From assembly GCA_036172245.1 (NCBI GenBank), contig JAYWIR010000004.1, positions 6,138,001-6,202,000 on the forward strand: DNA of 64,000 bases. Direction: 5' to 3'. Positions 23,976-36,849 of the stretch are shown one piece after another. The translations under genes and the position numbers were made by a program. The notes under the pieces are model-generated. The model had not been told where the DNA came from and did not search any database. It saw only the letters and a list, made by a program, of their open reading frames with translations. The stretch comes from Raillietiella orientalis. Its lineage: Eukaryota. The stretch's first letter is position 1, and every line of letters starts with the position of its first letter.

Positions 23976-24671
23976 ATGGGACACAACGATGAAGTCAGGT
24001 ACACATCGGGAGGAATCGCGGAGGTATTTCACCATCATTATGCCTCGCATTTCCGACGAAGAAATCTGTGCCCGACAGAACAAACAAACATCTTAAGATA
24101 CTTGCACACGCAAATAAAAAGGGAGCATCAGGGAAAAATGGATCAAGATATCTCCATCGAGGAAGTAAAGAACGCGTTTGAAGGACTCCGCAAAGATGTG
24201 GCAGCAAGCCCTGATAGTGTTCCCATCACGCACTATCAGCGTTACCTGCATACCTATCTGCGCCTGTTCCATGAATTTACGCTCGTAATCAAGGAAGAAG
24301 GAAGGCTCCCGTTATCATTCCATGAGGGACGGATGAAACTGCTGCCAAAGGGAGGAGACCTATTGGAAGTAACCCAATGGAGGCCCATCACCATCCTTAA
24401 CACAGACGCAAAGTGCCTCGCCAAGATCTGGGCCAACCGTTTAAGCATCGCGATGTCATTGGTAGTGTCTCCTACGCAGACATGCTTGTCTGCAAATGTG
24501 AAGTGTGCCCTGGCCACCATCGGGTATTGCCGATATATTAGTGAAAACCTAGTACTAAGGCTCACTGATATGGAGAAGGCGTTTGATAAGGTGGATCACA
24601 AGATGCTCCTAAAGATCTTAAGGAAATTGGATTTCCAAGTTTCTTCTTGCATTATGTGGAGTGGACCCTAG
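23976..24671 (+). pseudogene. Reverse transcriptase N-terminal subdomains (0-3) of family A copy 2
   Basis: AASPDSVP, LPLSFHEG, WRPITILNTDAKCLAKIWANRL, DMEKAFDKVDH; frameshifts and stops follow. Confidence 0.88.
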
Positions 24672-25562
24672 CAAAACAACAAGTTAAGATTCGGATCAGA
24701 TGGGTTGGAGACGACAGCAATACGGATGGAGTGAGGTGTACGCCGTGTTATACATGGAGGCAGTATCATCAATCGTGGATTGCGGTAGCCGTCTCTAAGG
24801 AATCAGGATAGACAACCAACAACTGACACACCTGGCTTATGCATATGATCTCTCTTTCTTCCTTAAGGACGAACGAGACTAACAAGCATTCCTAGGTGTG
24901 ATCAAGCAAATGGAAAGAAGATTGGGACTCAAAATCAATGCCCGAAAGAGTCACCTGCTGCAAATGGGGATCATGGACCTCTCTGCTTTGCAAGAGGCTG
25001 GATTCTGAGCAGCGGAATCTGTTAAATGCCTGGGAATCCATCTTGGCGACAAGACTGCGTCCCCTTGACTATAAAAAAAATCCTGGGCAAGATCAGTGAT
25101 GAAGCCACTAAGTACACCCGTATCGACTTTAACATGAAGCGGAAGGCCACCTTGTGGAACGGCGTCCTGATTCCCAAGGTACTCTACGGGGCGATCTTCT
25201 GCCGAATAGATAAGGATACAAAGGTGGAATTTGAGTCTCTACAGAGGAAGATCCTATGACGGGAATTTAAACCAAGGATAAGGTTGAAATTGTTGTGCCT
25301 CCCTCGTGAGCATGGTGGAACCGGGATGAAGCTGCTCGAACATTCTGTGGAGTCCATGGATGCGCGGCAACTCCTGAATCTCACCAGAAACTGGGAAAGC
25401 TGGCCTTATATAGCGCACAGGGCGTACTCGAGATTTCTGAACTCGAGGAGCCTGATGTTCGCACTCATTTGGGCCACTGGAAAATGGGTGCAGATCGATC
25501 TCACCTGGCGACGTAAACAGGCACTGGTGAGAACTCACCATTTTAAAATCGTGGCTAGAAGT

Positions 25563-27550
25563 TTTTTACCTAGTCATGCCGGGACGTTTATTTTCATAAA
25601 CCAGCTGGAAACAGTTGTTTCCAGCCAACGACTACAAGAAAACCAACAACGGAGATACGCCACTGGCACGCAGGCCAGGAAAACGAAAAGTCCGGAACGG
25701 GTGGGGGAGGAGGGGACTTCCAACAAAAAAGAACAGTCTAAATGGGAGGAAAGGGCCAGAGATCTTTGGTGAGTCACCGGAATAGACCAAGAGTGAAAGC
25801 AATAAAAGCACTACGGAGCGAATGGGAAGTGGGGCGCGAAAACAAAAATGAAATTAAATGGGAATGGAGGTGGATCACCAGGATCGTCGTTCCAAACCAT
25901 AGGTAATCCGGACATGGATGCCGGTGAGCTTCTCCGTTGCGTTTTCGGTCAAGTGTCGCCACCCAGCAGCCGCATTGATGAAGTCGGCTGCCTTCCCGGT
26001 GACCCAGCATCGCTGACCAGTGTTCTCCAGCACGTCTCCGACCGTGACGATGGCGCGGATGCAACCAACTGTCGAAATCATCGCAGCCACAGAAAGTCCT
26101 TGCGGTTGGAAGAACCGTCGCAGCACTCCTCGAGCGGTGTCCCCCGGTGACAGGAGTGCTGCTGCCAACCTCCGCCAGAGGTCCTGGAGGGCAACGCAGT
26201 CCAAAACAACGTGCGGGAACGACTTCGTCGCCCCTCACCGGGCACAGTAGAGAGAAGCCACCCCACCAGAAACTCGGTGCCGCCGCTCATTGTAGCGCAA
26301 GCCCCAGTGCAAGAAGAGGAAAACCTCTTGCTTCTATGCAAGGGGAAACACCAAACCGTCCAAACAGCAGGAAGGGACTATCAGTTCCTCGGGGGCAACA
26401 CCAAGAGCTTTTCCCCACCGAAGGAGTCCCTTTGCCGTAGCACGAGGAGTGGCAGCATCCACCAGCTCGCTCGTGTCCCATTCGCCGAGGAGTTTTGTTC
26501 TTCCTACAATGGTGCAGGAGAACTCCCACCTCGCCAATTGGCTACTGTCTTCTCTAGCTTCGAAGACAGACAGTGCTTCGGCGAGGGGCGTGGCGGCCAG
26601 GGAGGAAAACTTCACCTCGTCCTGCATCACGTCTTGGAGTGACCAAGGTTGGAATTGACGCAGTAGGCAAAGATCGTCGGGGCCCATTCCCAGGAATGCA
26701 GCCCAAGAATCAACAGATTCCTGCCGACAAGCACTGTAGTTCATTGGGCGGCATGAAATCCACGAATCGGCTTCCAACAGTGAGGCGAGTGCCCTCAAAG
26801 GATAGCCAAACCCCTGTTTTCTGTGGCGCATGCCCGGCACCAAGGAAAGAAGTCCTTCACTGCCGGCATACCTCCGTAGGAGGATGCGCGCGGGCGCACA
26901 GTGGAGGGAAGTCCAAAGCTCGGCACAAAGTGCCAGCATCCGGAACTGCACTTGCAGTCCGATCCGCTCCATCGTCAGGATACCAAGACCGGCATCCCGA
27001 CGTGGAGCCATCAAGTCTTTCAGGTGGATCCTGGATCGCGCCGGACCCCAGAGAGCGTTACTTAGCAGGCGTTTAGCCCGCTCTTTGGCCGCGTAGGGGG
27101 TCCAAGACAAAAAACAGGGGTCAGAGGAGGGGGGCCACGAAGGTGTTCCAAATAGCCGCTCGGCAGCGGCGAGGTCGCCTAGCGGAACGCCCAGGTACTT
27201 GAAGTACCCTGCCGTGGGGATCCCCAGGCGGATACAGTCGGACTGCCCCTCTTACGACGCTTCCACAGGAACGACCACGCTCTTCTTCCTGTTCACGCTC
27301 ACGCCCGCTCCCCGACGAATCAGGTCGAAGAAATCTTCGACACTGGACGCCGGGGTGAACATGGGGAGCAGAAGAAGCAGGTCATCTGCATAGGCAGCCA
27401 CGGCAAGCGTTCCCGGGCAAGAGCTGGACAGGTACTCCAGCGACAACCTGTACGCCCTCAGCACCAACTCAAAGATGCTGAAAAGCAACGGGCTTAAACT
27501 GTTGCCCTGCCTGATGCCCCTGCGCACGGGAATACCGTACACGTGGCAGC
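25563..27550 (-). mobile_element. LINE family B, 5'-truncated copy (RT subdomains 4-7, C-terminal zinc finger, 3'UTR) nested in family A copy 2
   Basis: Motifs GIRQGNSLSPLLF, AAYADDL, GVSVNRKKS, FKYLGVPL and PRRDAGLG. AATAAA plus a short A tail at 25563-25595. 13-bp TSD cgtg(g/c)ctagaagt at 25550-25562 and 27551-27563; removing the insert restores HFKIV(A/P)RSREIW, matching HQLKIVPRSKELW in copy 1. Confidence 0.92.
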
Positions 27551-28616
27551 CGTGCCTAGAAGTAGAGAAATCTGGGATGAGCAACTGACTATGGTGATAC
27601 CTCACTCTATCCCGATCCCAAGGGAGACTGTGAACTGGTTACACCACAGGCCACGCTTGATCATTAGACGTTGTGAGCAGTTCGCCACTAGTGCCAACCG
27701 GCACCAAGTGAGACTGCATCGACTGATCATGACCTTGCGAGGTTCTTTCAACCATGGAACCCGGGAGCTCTTTGGCAACAGCTGCCACATCAGGCGTGGC
27801 TGCTGATAAACAAAGCAAACATCAAGATGGAAGTCGCAAAACAGCAGCAAGATATCGATGCCCTCGATGCAGCCTCAAGTTGCTACGGTCCTCGCACGCC
27901 AATGTGCTGGCCGTAGGGTCTGCACTAATAAGGAGTGACCTTCCCCTGGACACTCAGGACGACTCCTGTTGTTTTACAACGGAGGCATACTGAGTGGCTC
28001 CAGACCGCGGCACTGGACCGGGGACATACAAGATGGACTCTGCAAGGCGTGCGGTGATTACGAAAACCAGGTACACGTACTCACCTGCCCCACACTGCGA
28101 CCTGATTGGCACGCGGTGAAGGCGGTGATCTGCCTCCAGAGGAAAACGGGAAAAAAAATACTGTGGGGTTTATTCCAGGGGACAGGAAGTGTTCCCCAGT
28201 ATAACCCGATGGTGATGACCACGCTAGCCTTCTTTCTCACAGTCATTGTGATTACGAGAGCCAAGATGTACATCCTGCAACGACAAGTTTCGGCATGGGA
28301 CATACTCAAAGGCCTTGTCATGAAAGAAATAGGAATGAGGAATAGTGGTAGGATACCAGCCTGGACCTACCGTTACATCATATTGAAGATGAACGAATAC
28401 ATACAGGAACAAAGAACGATTTCATCGCCCCCTTCTCTACCCTGAAATTTCAAAAGATAGTGTGTTGAATGTGATGTGTTAGAAAAAACAGTGAATCTGT
28501 TCAGTAACGGACTGTAAAATGCTTACCTAAATGTATGTTGATTGTTCTGTGAGCTTGTTTTATGATAAATTCACCCCATTGCTTGTAGGTTAGGGAACAA
28601 TTGCAAGAGAGAGAGA

Positions 28617-30300
28617 CAAGTAGACTGTAATTTGCTCCCTGGATTGGCTCATCCTTATTCCCTTTCGGAGGATACTCCTGCTTGCTGGTAGAACACACTC
28701 TCCAGAGATCAGGTAACCGGAAACTTCGAAGAGGTGAACATAAGGGTGATTAGGTACTCAGGGATGCATCGGGGAACTGGAATGTCCCTGTAATGCGCTT
28801 CCAGCACTGAGACAGCTACTGGAGCATTCCGAAATCACGCGAGTAAGTTTTCTCCATCCCTCAGCGAGAGAATTTCTTAGGGGTCTTCCCTCTGAGTCAT
28901 GGTGGCGTTCCTCCTTTCGAGAAAGACCTCAAGTGCACCGAAAAGATGGCCATGTGCTGGCAACAAAAAGGAAGCACGGACACTTAAGTAGGGAAGCTGG
29001 GAACTCGAGGCTTCCAACGGCGGCAGGGAGAGCTGTTTTCCAGGAGTCAGAACGAGTGAGCGGACGAAAATTTGCTGTGATCATTGGGGGACCTCTTTTC
29101 TCGGTCGTCACGAGGCACCTTGGCCAAAGGACAGCAGGTCGCTTCCGTCCCCTGAGTGCAAGCTCTCGTCTCGAAGGCGGCCAGAGCCCTCTTCCCTTTT
29201 GATTTCCTCCTCACGTCACCATCCTCCCTCAACACAAGTTGTCTGGACTGGTGCAGCAAACTGCGACTGGTAGCCTGGCTGCGGCAGAATGAAGCAGGAA
29301 GACTGCTGACTCGTATGCGGAAGGATGAAGAAGGTTGGGAATCGAAAAGAAGACAGTGCTCGCAAAGATGTGTCAAAGAGGAACAGGAAGATTCGGAGCA
29401 CTTCATTCGGAGGAAGCTTGTGCCTTTCCCTCTATCCTGTAGCGGACACAGCCTCGTGTACTTCCAGAAGGAAGGCGCGCGTCCCTGGTCTGCGACGCCC
29501 TGGGGCATCTTTTAGGGATCCTAAGGATAAATGGAAGACCGGAGACGCTGAATGAGATGATGTCTACTGCCGTTGAGGAATCTGCTGCCTCTGAGACTCA
29601 CTCTCTCTTCATAAGAAACAAATTTTATCCAGCGCAGAGCTGGAAGCCTCCGTTGGCACGGAAACCGTCCCTTCCAAGCGGCAGACGGCGCAAGACTTTC
29701 GAACTCACAAACAGTGTCCTTGCGATTTCCCAGGGGGCAGTGGGTTTTTCAGATGCCATTCGATCCTGCTCGTGGTTCCGTAGAGTGGAGGATCTCCTGC
29801 TCTCCTGAGTGATCAGGAACCGAGTGCTACACCACGAGTGTGATGGAAATTCTCTGGGATCCTTCTGTTTACGCTACTTTCCGTCCAGCTTTTTTCCTTT
29901 AGTTCTCCAAGTGCTGAAGAACCGTTCGCCTCCTTAGGGAAGGAAGGGAAAGAGTTCAAAAAGCGCTTTGGCGCTGTCCCCCCCCGAGGGTGCGTGGGAC
30001 TCTATAAGTCAGGGGGCAACCAAAGAAGGATCACCCTGTGAATCCAGGAAGGCCCTGGAGGAAGGAATCCGTTACACTTGGTAGGGAACCCCGGATGGAA
30101 CCCCTCCCTTCTTCTCTCCAGAGGAATTTCCAGTTTGAAATGATCACTCCTCGTATCTTCTCCTAAGGAAACCCGGAACAGATCCGCTCTTGGAAGTTCT
30201 TCTCCAGAGGATCTGCTCTTAGTTTCCTCCTCTGAAGGGAACCCCGAAGGGACACTACAAGTTCTCTGAAGGGCTCTCCCTTCGGAGAAAAGGGAGCAGA
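28617..30300 (-). mobile_element. Host LINE (family C), 5' half: decayed APE, tower region and RT subdomains 0-1
   Basis: In order on the minus strand: KKGGVP (GVAI-like), SHAP (YAP-like), SALDKI (SRLD-like), SFWKYT (WKLN-like), RLPDLWR, PPKGNKD..NYSLLVSLSC. Confidence 0.6.
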
Positions 30301-30629
30301 GCTTGTGACACTTTGCAGAGGCAGCCCCCGAGAAGGGTATCAGCCAGCTCTATGGAATGTGATGGAGGGTACCTCTCCGAGGGGGGACACGGCTCCATTT
30401 TCTCAACCAAAAGGAAAGTCTGAAGGGAGCCGGCTGCTCGATTCCTGAAAGGACCCCGGAGGACTGACATCCAATCCCGGAATCCCGGCCAGTCGACGGG
30501 AGAGCAGACGGTTTCCCGCTAGTGCGGCGCCCAAAGCCCGCGGACCGACCAGCGCCAACCTGCAAGGGGCGCATGACGTGCCCATTTGCGGCATCGATCC
30601 TACGTGCATCCTACATGCGCCCCCCTGTT

Positions 30630-32100
30630 GAACCTGGTCACGCCAGGAATTTATTTGTTAAAAACAAAACTTGGGAGTCAGTGGCAGGATGCATGATCCT
30701 GCCACGTTGCTTACAACTACGAAAAGGAACCTGCCGGGAACTGACACGCAGACCAGCGGAGTTCGCCTCGGCAGCACAAGGGAAGGAGAGACAAACAAAA
30801 AGAAAAACAAAAAAAATCCAAAAATTGGAGGGGGGAGGTTCGGGAAGGGATCACTGTGTGTTGGAGGGTGTTCCCTGCATTCTTGTAAGGATGCCGGCAA
30901 GTTCCTGTTTCGAGGCTCCCATCTTGACGCTGTCATCATGTGGAGAACAGCAAAACAGATGGCGTCCCTGACGTCGTGGCCTTTTTTAGCGTTGTTCCAT
31001 GAGCCACGGTCTCGCCACGTAGGCAGAAAAGTGCTACTGGGGATGCGACCGGCGTGAGGGCGTCGTGCAGGAACAGGCGCTTCAAAACGCCTCTGGGTCC
31101 AGGAGTTCCCTCGAGGATCCGTAGGGACTTGGAGAAGAGCCCCTGCATGGGGGGGAGGGCAACACATTCCATGAGCAGGTGCGGAAGGGACTCTCTCTCG
31201 TCGCATTTGCCGCATTTTGGGCTTACACTTCCCCGTATCCAATGGTGTCGGTGGGTGTTGCACGGGAGACCCCAGTACAACAGCAGGGTCGCCGACTCCT
31301 GCCACTCTAGTGAGAGAGTGGAACTGTTCCAACATGCTGGGGGACACTGTACCTCCAGAGGAATTTTCTGTAGCCTTCCTCAGCTCAGCAGTCCGTTTGG
31401 TGGGGCATTCAGGGTCTTGGCGTCCGCCAGCTCCCGAGTTGTTCCACTCACTCAGATATTTTTTCCTGATCTCTATCACTCAGATCACTTCCGACCTCGC
31501 TGGCAGTTGTCGGTCCACTGCTCCTCTAAAGGAGGGTAGCACTGACGCGAGGGGGATGAACAAGATCCACAGCAGATTCCTGGTGGTTTCCAGGATCTCC
31601 TTCAGCGGCTGGAGAGCGCATCTGCTGCTCCGTAGGCAGATGTACTCTGCCTCGCCCGTGCCGTGAAGTGCCTGACTCTCATCCCTGTACAGTGTCTATG
31701 ATTCTGCCACATCCTGGAAGACGCTGGGGGTCTTGCAATTCGCAAGCAAGCCTCTAGCCTCCAATCGCTCTCGGGTTGTCCCACTTCCTCATACTCAGAT
31801 GCCCGCATTGGAGCGACTTCCGGCGCGGTGCCGAGTGTCTCAGGTTCGAATCTCCCGATGCATTGATATGGGTGGTGATATATGTAGGTAACCATGGATT
31901 GGGATCGAAGGTGGGAGGCTTCTGCAGGCTGAGAGGAGTGATTGAATAGATCTTTCTAAGTTTGACGGTGGTCGATCCTTTGCCGTGTGATTCTTGGAAG
32001 CTCGGTCCGAGTTGGCTTCGGGATACCAAGGGAATTCTAGATGCAGGACGTTTGCTTTTCTGTTTTTGTTGAATTTACTGGTTGTTTATGACGAAATAAC
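30630..32100 (-). mobile_element. LINE family B, 5'-truncated decayed copy
   Basis: SPKCGKCDERESLPHLLMEC zinc finger; 3' end aataaattcctggcgtgaccaggtt; RT domain 6/7-like remnants near 32030-32080. Confidence 0.75.
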
Positions 32101-35100
32101 TGCTCATGGGGTAGCAGGGGAGTGGGGGTGGAATAGGAAGGATGAAGGGCTTGAGCCCCATGCGTGCGGGCACGTGATGACGGAGGGCGGTGTCTCGATA
32201 TCAGCATGATGGACGTGATGGATGGGTGTGATGGGGGGATTTTCGTGCACTGTAGGTTTTCTTGGCTGTTGTAAGTCAGGAGTGCCAGAACAGGGGTGCA
32301 CGCACATCAGAGAGGCGGTGAGGTAGCGGAAGAGAGCATTCTCGAAGGATCCTCCTCACACGCGGAAGGTACCTCCGTTTGGGTCGGGCTTTTCTGATGC
32401 TTCCTCTGGTGTACAGCCTTCTCCTACCCTCTCCCTGACGGGATTTCCGCGGAGGAGAAAATGGTAGGTTTAGCGGGTCTTTCCACTCGGAGCAGCTCTT
32501 TGGAGGATCCCACCGAGAGAGAGGGAGGGGAGGGAGGGAAGAAGAGTCACGAAAAGAGAGGCAGCCCTGAGAAAGCGAGTGCACACCTATTCTGAAGTGA
32601 CCAATCCTGTAGGAGACGGCCTCTCTCGTGCCCTTCTTCCCAGGTACTTATTGACCTGTCTCTCCCGGAAAGGAAGGACGCAGGAAGGAGAATTTTCTGA
32701 TCCGCTGAACCTCGTGGCGCCCTTCTGGAGTGCTCTGCTGCTATCCAGCGAGAGAACTGCAGCTCCGGGAGGTCCGCATCGCCTGGTGCACGTGGGATGA
32801 GGCACGCGCAGGTAAAGGCGTACGCTTCCGGTCCCTCCGAGGAAGGGGAACCCACTTAGGAACATCGTGGAGCGCATCTTCTTCCAGGGGACCGCATGAT
32901 CGCCCCTGTGGGTCTGCAGGAGCCCTGGAAGGCGTCAAGAAAACTTCCCGACCCGAGGCACTTAGCTGCCGCCTTCCCCATGGTCCGTCCTGAACGGAAA
33001 GAGACCTCAGTATCCCACCAAGGGTGTCGAATCCAGGGAACGTGGGAAGCCTCTTAGCATCAGGACCTCAGCCCTCCGAAGAACTCAGTGAAAGGTCCTG
33101 GAAGCCCCCCTCCGGCCCACGGCTCGCAGAACAGCATTCAGGGATGCGCTCTGAACGCTGCGTTGCAGACCTTTGCTGTCGATGCCTCCTTTTGACAGAC
33201 GGGGAAAGGGAGGAAGAGGAAGGGGGTCTCACGAGTGCACCTCTGATGGGTGGGAGCTCCGCCGTTTCACCTGTCCGACGGCCCAGTAGCCAGGATCGAA
33301 AGAGATGCCCGAAGGCGTGGCTTCCCCTATCGACCGGTCAACCCGGAGCAGCTTCTACGGATGGGAGGGAGGACCGGGAGAGATTGCCGCCGCTATCGGC
33401 TTCAATGCTTCCGGATGACGGGAAAGCAGTGGCAGGGAACGTCACCCGCCGCTCGCAGGCCCCTTCCGCGGACCGGAGGAGGAGAGGCGCAGCAGCAACC
33501 GCTTCCGTGCGGAGCGATTGTCGCAGCATCTTTAGGGTCAGGAATTCGGCGAACAGCAGAGCCGTCCGGGAAGGGGCGATCCCTAAGCGGCGGGGCAGAG
33601 TGCCTTTTCCGGGCGGGTATACTGGAAGAGCAGCTTGATCACTAATCCGGGGAAGATGGGATGGTGGTTAAGAAACCCTCGTAAGGAGACTGCAGTCCCG
33701 AGTGGAGACGAGAGTGAAGATAGCGGAGAGTCCCGGTTACTGGCTGCATGTCATACGTAAAACACAAGCACGGGTGAACCTTCGCGGGTCCAGCATGCCT
33801 ATAGCAATGCAACACATCTCAAGGAGCGTTTCGTGAAGGGGCGTGCGAGTGGGCGGGTCTGAGACCTCTCCAGGTGCAGAGTAGTTTCTCCGTGGTTGCC
33901 GGCAGAATTCCTTGCTACGACCGGAGTCCTTCGGAGAAGATTGGCTGTCCTCCTTGTTCCACTCATGGACGCCACAGCGTTTCGTTTCTCGAATCTTCTT
34001 CCAATGGAGAGCATGCTCGTCGTATCCAGACGCGCGGAGCCACCCTCGCGCCCCTCGGTGACGCATCGGGCAAGTGGCTCCATCTGCTAACCCGAAACGA
34101 AATCTCTCGTGGCGTTCTCCTCTTTCTGCTTTTTTTCGCTTTGATTTGAGAAAACCGAAATGGCGCTGTTTATTGCCTCACGATCATCGGAACGTCATCA
34201 GCATGTTGATGCTGTTTAAAATAATGATTGGGGATCGTGTAGTGACTCCAAAATCAAGCCCTTTGATGAAAGTCAAGAGCAGCTGCAAACCCGGTGTTCT
34301 TTCCGCATAGGAATTGCAGGGGATTGCTGGTCTTCCGAGCATTCTTCGATAGATAAATCAAAAGCGCCACTATGGTGTCATTTTTCAGGAGCTGGGAAGC
34401 AAATTTTGCCTCTTGAAGACCCGATCAATTCTTTTACAATTGTACAGGATGTGCCATTCACGCTGGCTAGAGAGACTGCGAAAACTTCGCCCACCTTCGC
34501 AACATCCAAAGCTGGAGTCTGTTTTGGGATCTGTTGTTTTTTACTTTTTTCTTTGAGGAAGGCGTGAGGGGGATTTTCGTCAACTGCTTAAAAACCGTGG
34601 CTATTCGGTCTTCTATAAATCCTAGACAGCACTCCAGAAAGCGCGCTTTTCCTGCTCCATTCCTGTGCAGCCAAAGTTCGTGTTTCCTGATTGCTCTTCG
34701 ATTCGTTCCGAATCTCACCAGCGGCCGCAGGAAGGGCTGTCTGCTCCTTGGATCCGCCGTGCAATGTGATTCTTACTTTTTCCTACACACGCACAGAAAG
34801 ACAGTGCAGGCAGAGACCCGGATTTCCCAGAAGAGCTGCGCGCAAGGAATCCTGCTGCCTTTCTCGCTTCTCGAGGTACCTGTGCCGCTCTTCCCCCTTG
34901 CTAGAGCTCCGTCCTCGAGATGCAAATATCCCGGCTGAAAATGGGCGGATGGCTCATGCTGCGTTTTTTTCACCGTTCATCCTGATGACGTCATTACCCT
35001 GGCCGCGCACAGCCTCGAGGATTGCATTTGGGTTGCGTGAGCTAAACCCTCGGAAAACGAGGATGGTAAATCATGGGGACAGTAATATTCCCAAATGCCC

Positions 35101-35375
35101 TTGAGGCTTCCGAAACCTGCCTTATTCATCTGGAAATGCACCTCTTTATTGTATGCTGCGTTTTTCTGCTTGAAAGATGCTCCGCATTTTCATCTCCCGT
35201 GATGACTCCCGGTGGAAGATCCGCTCTCATCTCGGTTGCTTCATCTACATACGGTTCTGAGGAAACCTGAAGGAAGAAGCTCGCTGTCTGAGGTCCATGG
35301 GGGCTTGAGGTGTTTAACAGAACCGCGAGCACACAGAGAGAGCGCTACCTCGCTGTCTACCAGATCGCGGCAGCG

Positions 35376-36400
35376 TTATCACCTCTGGTGCTGAGGAATA
35401 TTCCGTCTCTGGAGAGGGAGCTGTTTCATTCGAAACAGAGGCCGCATTCCTGGACCCGACGAGGCTTCCTTCAAACTCCCTCTGACCCCCGCATTATCCC
35501 ACTTACCACTTCTACATCCCAGCATAGGAAAGGAAAGAGAGGAAAGAGGAGTCAAGGTCTAGAGACTCAGTGCTCCACCTTTCCAGGTGGAGATACATCG
35601 GGATGGAAAATTCGGCAGATGATCTGAGAGCTCCCTTTGCTCAGGGCTTGGATTTTCTCTTAAGCGGCATCGTTCTTCAAAGCTTTCGAGGTGCCTTTTC
35701 GTGATCGTGTTGCATGTTCACCGCGGGACCATGCGATCGAGGGTTGCCGCGATTCACTCCAGCCCAAGAATGTTCTTGACTCAGCTCTTGCATGGCCGCA
35801 CCCATGGCACTGGCTATCGCTCTTCCCAGTCACGTGTGGGTCCCTCAGTTGGGTGGCAGCGAAGAAGAATTCCTTCCCCGTGGTTCCACTTTCCAGGACG
35901 TGGAGTTGTGAATTTCCCAGGTGGCAGTGAGGACGGCCGCTCCCCGGGTTTGGCAGGAAGCAAGACCAGTTGCGGGACGAGAAGCGGTGACCTTCCTCCC
36001 GAGACAATCCGTCAGACTAGTTCCAGAAATGGACCCTCTATCAGACTGTTCCTCTGAGTCCCCCTTTCCCGCTTGCCTGACCACAGGAGGTGCGGTTCCA
36101 AGAGCACGTACGAAACACAAGGAGACAGCGCAGTTCAAACTGCATGCACCCCGGACCATGTCGCTACTCCAAGAGCTACAGCTTCATCCACGCGGCTCGG
36201 CTGAATCCTCTTCCGACGGGCTAAGGCCAGGAGGAAACATCTCACGTGTCGTAGCTGCCGGATACGAGCCGAGACTTTACCTCACATCCTGGATCACTGC
36301 AAGAGACACCGTCGCCTGTTCACTGAGCGGTCGTGATGTGATCCAGGAAGTGATGAGAACTACCACAGTGGATGTCGCGAAGTAGACTCCGGTGTCAGTC
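35376..36400 (-). mobile_element. LINE family B-like decayed 3' fragment
   Basis: VTGKSDSQCHGCG zinc-finger remnant near 35800; 3' end aatattcctcagcaccagaggtgataa resembles other B termini. Confidence 0.5.
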
Positions 36401-36419
36401 AACCAGAGGGCTTCAGTGG

Positions 36420-36760
36420 TAGGCTTCCCCTTGCGACCGAACTTAATCCTTGAGAAGGGTGATCGCATGATAACACTGGATTTCTCCAAGGAATCAGGAT
36501 CGACTGGGGACCGTGCTGGCCAAGGCTGTTCGCATGGAAATCCAGAATCTCACTCGAGTATTTGTCACTACCACCAAGATCTGCGCCGACGGCGGCTCCA
36601 GGCGAGTTCGCGCCCGAACCTTTCCGCTTTCCTTCGGAACATGTCCGGAAGGCAAGAACGGCTCTATCCCGGTGGTTGGGCGCAGGCTAGACGCTTGAGC
36701 TCCATCTATCTTCAGGGCCGGTTGCTTCAGCAGGTGATTCGTTGCTGACACTCCTTGATC
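36420..36760 (-). rRNA. 28S (LSU) rRNA pseudogene fragment, copy 2
   Basis: Antisense 28S words ggatcgactgg, gctgttcgcatggaa, gtatttgtcactaccaccaagatctgc and ttcagggccggttgcttcagcaggtga; paralogous to 37650-37930. Confidence 0.8.
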
Positions 36761-36849
36761 GCAAAGAGCAGCCTTGAGAGACTGCGCATGCTGGTAGCGT
36801 GCGCTACTTGGCAGAGATTCGCAGGAGGAAGAGGAAGAGTGAAGTGGAA

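Larger units (their letters stand above)
23326..28601 (+). mobile_element. LINE family A copy 2: 5'-truncated in APE, decayed RT, zinc finger and 3'UTR; interrupted by a family-B element at 25563-27550
   Basis: Collinear with copy 1 (LSDH..LRTENPRR, CKACGDYENQVHVLTC). RT motifs LLPKGGD..WRPITILNTDAK, DMEKAFDKVDH and LAYAYD are present. Shares the 3' end ATAAAYTCACCCCA. Flanked by tgcaagagagggaga (23311-23325) and tgcaagagagagaga (28602-28616). Confidence 0.9.

Noticed and set aside
31800..31865. tRNA or tRNA-derived SINE (ggttcgaatc B-box)
   Set aside because: No convincing A-box or cloverleaf; it lies inside the minus-strand coding remnant of a family-B LINE.
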